A DNA stretch of 55,290 bases from a virus (Duplodnaviria > Caudoviricetes), in IMG/VR virus record IMGVR_UViG_3300046373_000115, positions 1-55,290 of that record; one strand, written 5' to 3'. The notes beneath the pieces were generated by a model. The model saw only the letters and a program-made list of their open reading frames with translations. It ran no database searches and had not been told where the DNA came from. Position 1 is the first letter of the stretch; every line of letters starts with the position of its first letter. This document shows positions 52,358 to 55,290 of this stretch, piece by piece. The translations under genes were made by a program, and so were the position numbers.

Positions 52358-53199
52358 TCGAGCCCGACCTCTTTGGCGGCCTGGCCGCTAGCCTGAAGCC
52401 TGCACCCGACCTCGACGAGAAGATCGCGGAGTCGCGCGAGATCATCGAGGCGATGCTGGCCAAGCATAACCCCGTCGCGGTGTTCGGCGCGTTCAGCGGT
52501 GGGCACGACAGTGCGTGCGCCACCCACCTGATCAGCCAGCACCCGCGCTTCGTGGGCGCCGTCGCGGTGAACACGACGATGGGCATTCCCGAGACGGCGG
52601 AATATCGCCGCAAGGTCGCCGGCCTCTATCAATGGACGTACACCGAGCTTTTCCCGCCGACCTCCTATCGGGAGATCGTGCTCGAGCACGGCTTCCCTGG
52701 ACCGGCCAGCCATCCGCACATGTATCGGCGGCTGAAGGAGCGCGCCCTGCGGCCCTTCGTGCAGGCCCAGAAGACGTCGTGGTTCAGCCGCGTCGCCTTC
52801 ATCTCCGGCGCGCGCCTTGGCGAGAGCGAACGCCGCTTCGGCACGGTGACGCCCATGTCGCGGGCTGGCGCGCTCGTCTGGTGCTCGCCGATCCTGAATT
52901 GGACCGACGCGGACAAGAACGCCTATATGGCCCGGTTCGATATCCCGCGAAATCCGGTCGTCGATCAGCTCTGCATGTCCGGCGAATGCCTGTGCGGCGC
53001 CTTCGCCGCGCCGGGCGAGATCGCGATCATCGAACACGCCTTCCCGAAGACCGGCGCCGAAATCCGCGCGCTTGAAGTCGAGGCAAAGGCCAAGGGCGTC
53101 CACTGCCATTGGGGCACGCGCCCGCCCGGCCGCCAACCCAAACCAGACCCGCGCCAGCTGGCCATGTGCCTGTCGTGCGTCGACCGGAGGCCTGCCTGA
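52354..53199 (+). CDS. PAPS reductase-like (PP-loop) protein
   Basis: FSGGHDS, NTTMGIPET, GAR..ES.RR, PILNW, SGECLCG. Confidence 0.85.
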   Translation: MIEPDLFGGLAASLKPAPDLDEKIAESREIIEAMLAKHNPVAVFGAFSGGHDSACATHLISQHPRFVGAVAVNTTMGIPETAEYRRKVAGLYQWTYTELFPPTSYREIVLEHGFPGPASHPHMYRRLKERALRPFVQAQKTSWFSRVAFISGARLGESERRFGTVTPMSRAGALVWCSPILNWTDADKNAYMARFDIPRNPVVDQLCMSGECLCGAFAAPGEIAIIEHAFPKTGAEIRALEVEAKAKGVHCHWGTRPPGRQPKPDPRQLAMCLSCVDRRPA

Positions 53200-54677
53200 T
53201 GGACGGCGACATCGACTTCGCCCGGGCGCATGGGCTGGGGCAGGGGGCGGAGAGCGTTCAGGCGCCGCGCACCCTGCCGCACAGCCTGGAGGCTGAGCAT
53301 GCGTTCCTCGGCATCGCCCTGTATGAGAACGAGGCCCTGCACGGCATAGAGCCGCTGGAAGGTCGCCTGCTGTATGAGCCGTTCCACGGCCGCCTGCTGG
53401 ACGCCATCAACACCGCATTCCAGCACGGAGTGCTCGCCGAGCCGATCGGCTTGGCTGAGCGCTTCAAGGATGACCCAGCCTTCAAGGAGCTTGGCGGCCT
53501 TCGCTACCTGGCCGACCTCGTTGAGCATGCGCCGCCGGCCGCCAACATCCGCACCTATGCCGAGACGATCATCACGGCCGCCCGACGGCGGACCCTGATC
53601 GAAACCGGCGAGGCGATCATCGCTGGCGCCCGCGACGGCACGTCCAAGGTCGAGGACGTCCTATCCGAAGCCGAGCGAGCCATCCACGGCGCCACGGCGG
53701 CCGGCGGCGGCTCAGCCCGGTTCGTCCACTCAGGCGCGGCTGCGGCGGCTGTCCTCGATCGCTTGGACCACCCTGAAGAGGCCGAGGGCGTCTCGTGGGG
53801 TCTGGAACCAATGGACCGCCAGCTGGGCTCGATGCAGGCCGGAGACCTCGTCGTCCTGGGCGGTCGCACAAGCATGGGCAAGAGCGCCCTGGCCTCCGAC
53901 CTCGCCCTGAACATCGCCCTACAGGGCAAGGCCATCATCGAGGTCAACGGCGAGATGAGCATCGAGCAGATGACGCGCCGCCACCTGACCAGCCTGGCGT
54001 TCACCCGCTGCGGTTTCGACGCGCCCGGCTACAGCGACATCCGCAAGCGCATGATCAGCCCGAGCCAGCGCAAGATGCTGGAGAACGCCTCCAATGAGTT
54101 CGGCGGCCTGCCGGTGTCGATGCTGAAGCGCACCGGCCTAGGCCTCGGCGCGCTCCGGTCCCTGGTGCGTCGCGAGCGGGCCGTATGGGAGCGCAAGGGC
54201 GTAGAGCTGGGCGCCCTGATCGTCGACCACGTCGGCTTGATCAAGGCTGATGGCGGCGGCCGGTCCCGATACGAGGACCAGACGGCGGTCTCCAACGGCA
54301 TGAAGGAACTTGCCGACGAACTCGGCATCCCCGTCATCGCCCTGGCCCAGCTGAGCCGGGAGACCGAGAAGCGCGACAACAAGCGGCCCATCCTCTCCGA
54401 TTTGCGCGACTCCGGCGCCTGGGAGCAGGACGCCGACGTCGTGATCGGCATCTACCGAGACGCCTATTACGCCGCGCGCGAGCCGGAGCCCAAGGATGAT
54501 GGACGTCCGAATAGCTCCAGCACTTGGGCCGAATGGGACCAGCGCCGGCGATCCAAGACCATCGAAGCGATCGTGCTCAAAGCCCGCGAGGGCGAGTGCG
54601 GCACCGTAGAACTGTGGGGCGACATGCGGACAAACGCGATCCGCGCCTCCGAACCTGACCATGGGGGTTTCCTTTGA
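53199..54677 (+). CDS. DnaB-like replicative helicase
   Basis: PHSLEAE, GGRTSMGKS, EMS.EQ, IVDH, LAQLSR, RP.LSDLRDSG..EQDAD, K.REG. Confidence 0.95.
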   Translation: MDGDIDFARAHGLGQGAESVQAPRTLPHSLEAEHAFLGIALYENEALHGIEPLEGRLLYEPFHGRLLDAINTAFQHGVLAEPIGLAERFKDDPAFKELGGLRYLADLVEHAPPAANIRTYAETIITAARRRTLIETGEAIIAGARDGTSKVEDVLSEAERAIHGATAAGGGSARFVHSGAAAAAVLDRLDHPEEAEGVSWGLEPMDRQLGSMQAGDLVVLGGRTSMGKSALASDLALNIALQGKAIIEVNGEMSIEQMTRRHLTSLAFTRCGFDAPGYSDIRKRMISPSQRKMLENASNEFGGLPVSMLKRTGLGLGALRSLVRRERAVWERKGVELGALIVDHVGLIKADGGGRSRYEDQTAVSNGMKELADELGIPVIALAQLSRETEKRDNKRPILSDLRDSGAWEQDADVVIGIYRDAYYAAREPEPKDDGRPNSSSTWAEWDQRRRSKTIEAIVLKAREGECGTVELWGDMRTNAIRASEPDHGGFL

Positions 54678-55290
54678 CCGCGCCTCTCACCCCGCCAGAC
54701 TGCGACCTGCAGGACTTCCCGTTCATGCCGCTGCATGTCGCCCGGCTGCGCGACAGCGACCTCGCCAGCGAGGAGCACCCGGAGGCCTGCTGGTATGCCG
54801 TTTTGCTCTGGTCGGCGTCCTGGCACCAGCTGCCAGCCGCCTCGCTGCCGGACAACGACGCCGTCCTGGCCAAGCTGGTCGGCCTCGGCCGCGACGTGAA
54901 GACCTTCCGAAAGCACCGCGCCGGCGCCCTGCGCGGGTTCGTACAGTGCGATGATGGCCGGCTCTACCATCCGATGGTCGCCGAGCAGGCCATGATCGCC
55001 TGGGAAGGCAAGCTCCAGCAGCGCTGGCGCACCGAGTGCGCGCGGATCAAGAAGCACAACCAGCGCACCGAGCAGAACCTTCCGACGCCGTCCTACGAGG
55101 CGTTCCTGTCCTCGCTGAAATCTGGTCCTCGTCCCGACAGTGTCCCTGGGGACGTCCACAGGGACAACTCGCCATGTCCCCGGGGAAATGACATCCAAGA
55201 GAAAGGGACAGGGACAGGGAGATTAAGTTCCGTTTCTGACGAAACGGGCGCCGATGCGCCGCTGTCGTCCCGACCTCAGTTCGAAGGCAA
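54674..55290 (+). CDS. DUF1376/YdaU-like replication initiator, 5' part (continues at 1..554)
   Basis: TTG start; PLTPPDCDLQDFPFMPLHVARLRDS, SWHQLPAASLPDND, DDGRLYHP.VAE. Confidence 0.85.
   Translation, partial: MTAPLTPPDCDLQDFPFMPLHVARLRDSDLASEEHPEACWYAVLLWSASWHQLPAASLPDNDAVLAKLVGLGRDVKTFRKHRAGALRGFVQCDDGRLYHPMVAEQAMIAWEGKLQQRWRTECARIKKHNQRTEQNLPTPSYEAFLSSLKSGPRPDSVPGDVHRDNSPCPRGNDIQEKGTGTGRLSSVSDETGADAPLSSRPQFEG
55164..55290. repeat. second copy of the 127-bp terminal overlap
   Basis: Identical to 1-127. Confidence 0.97.

Noticed and set aside
1-55290. CRISPR array, rRNA or IS transposase
   Set aside because: No regularly spaced repeats, rRNA-like sequence or transposase motifs seen

Overview
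The window is an apparently complete, circular genome of a temperate siphophage, about 55,163 bp once the 127-bp overlap shared by both ends is removed. It is GC-rich. A GcrA-like gene and an alphaproteobacterial-type tRNA-Val(CAC) att core suggest an alphaproteobacterial host, probably Caulobacteraceae (inference). The layout is lambdoid. The + strand carries a late regulator, terminase, DUF4055 portal, head, neck, tail and lysis genes (1.7-29.3 kb). An intact attP and tyrosine integrase lie at 30.1-31.5 kb, followed by a leftward early operon with two C5 methyltransferases, ASCH, AAA ATPase and RecE-like genes. The cI/cro immunity region has palindromic GG(A/C)ATATTCC operators. The rightward early operon encodes CII-like, RusA, GcrA-like, amino-MTase, PAPS-reductase-like, DnaB and DUF1376 initiator proteins. 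Most notable: (1) a putative virion sugar-modification cassette (acyltransferase + glycosyltransferase + two paralogous Rossmann-like transferases) inside the head and tail operons; (2) recurrent C-GGGAN-G stem-loops, one with an alternative 12-bp pairing, in the leaders of three consecutive head genes; (3) a C5 methyltransferase whose motif IX and four PTP repeats are encoded by a nested +1-frame gene; (4) a D-arm-less tRNA-like attP; (5) a frameshifted RHH + small tyrosine recombinase cassette beside an SGNH-bearing tail protein. All family calls come from recognising motifs by eye; no database searches were run.
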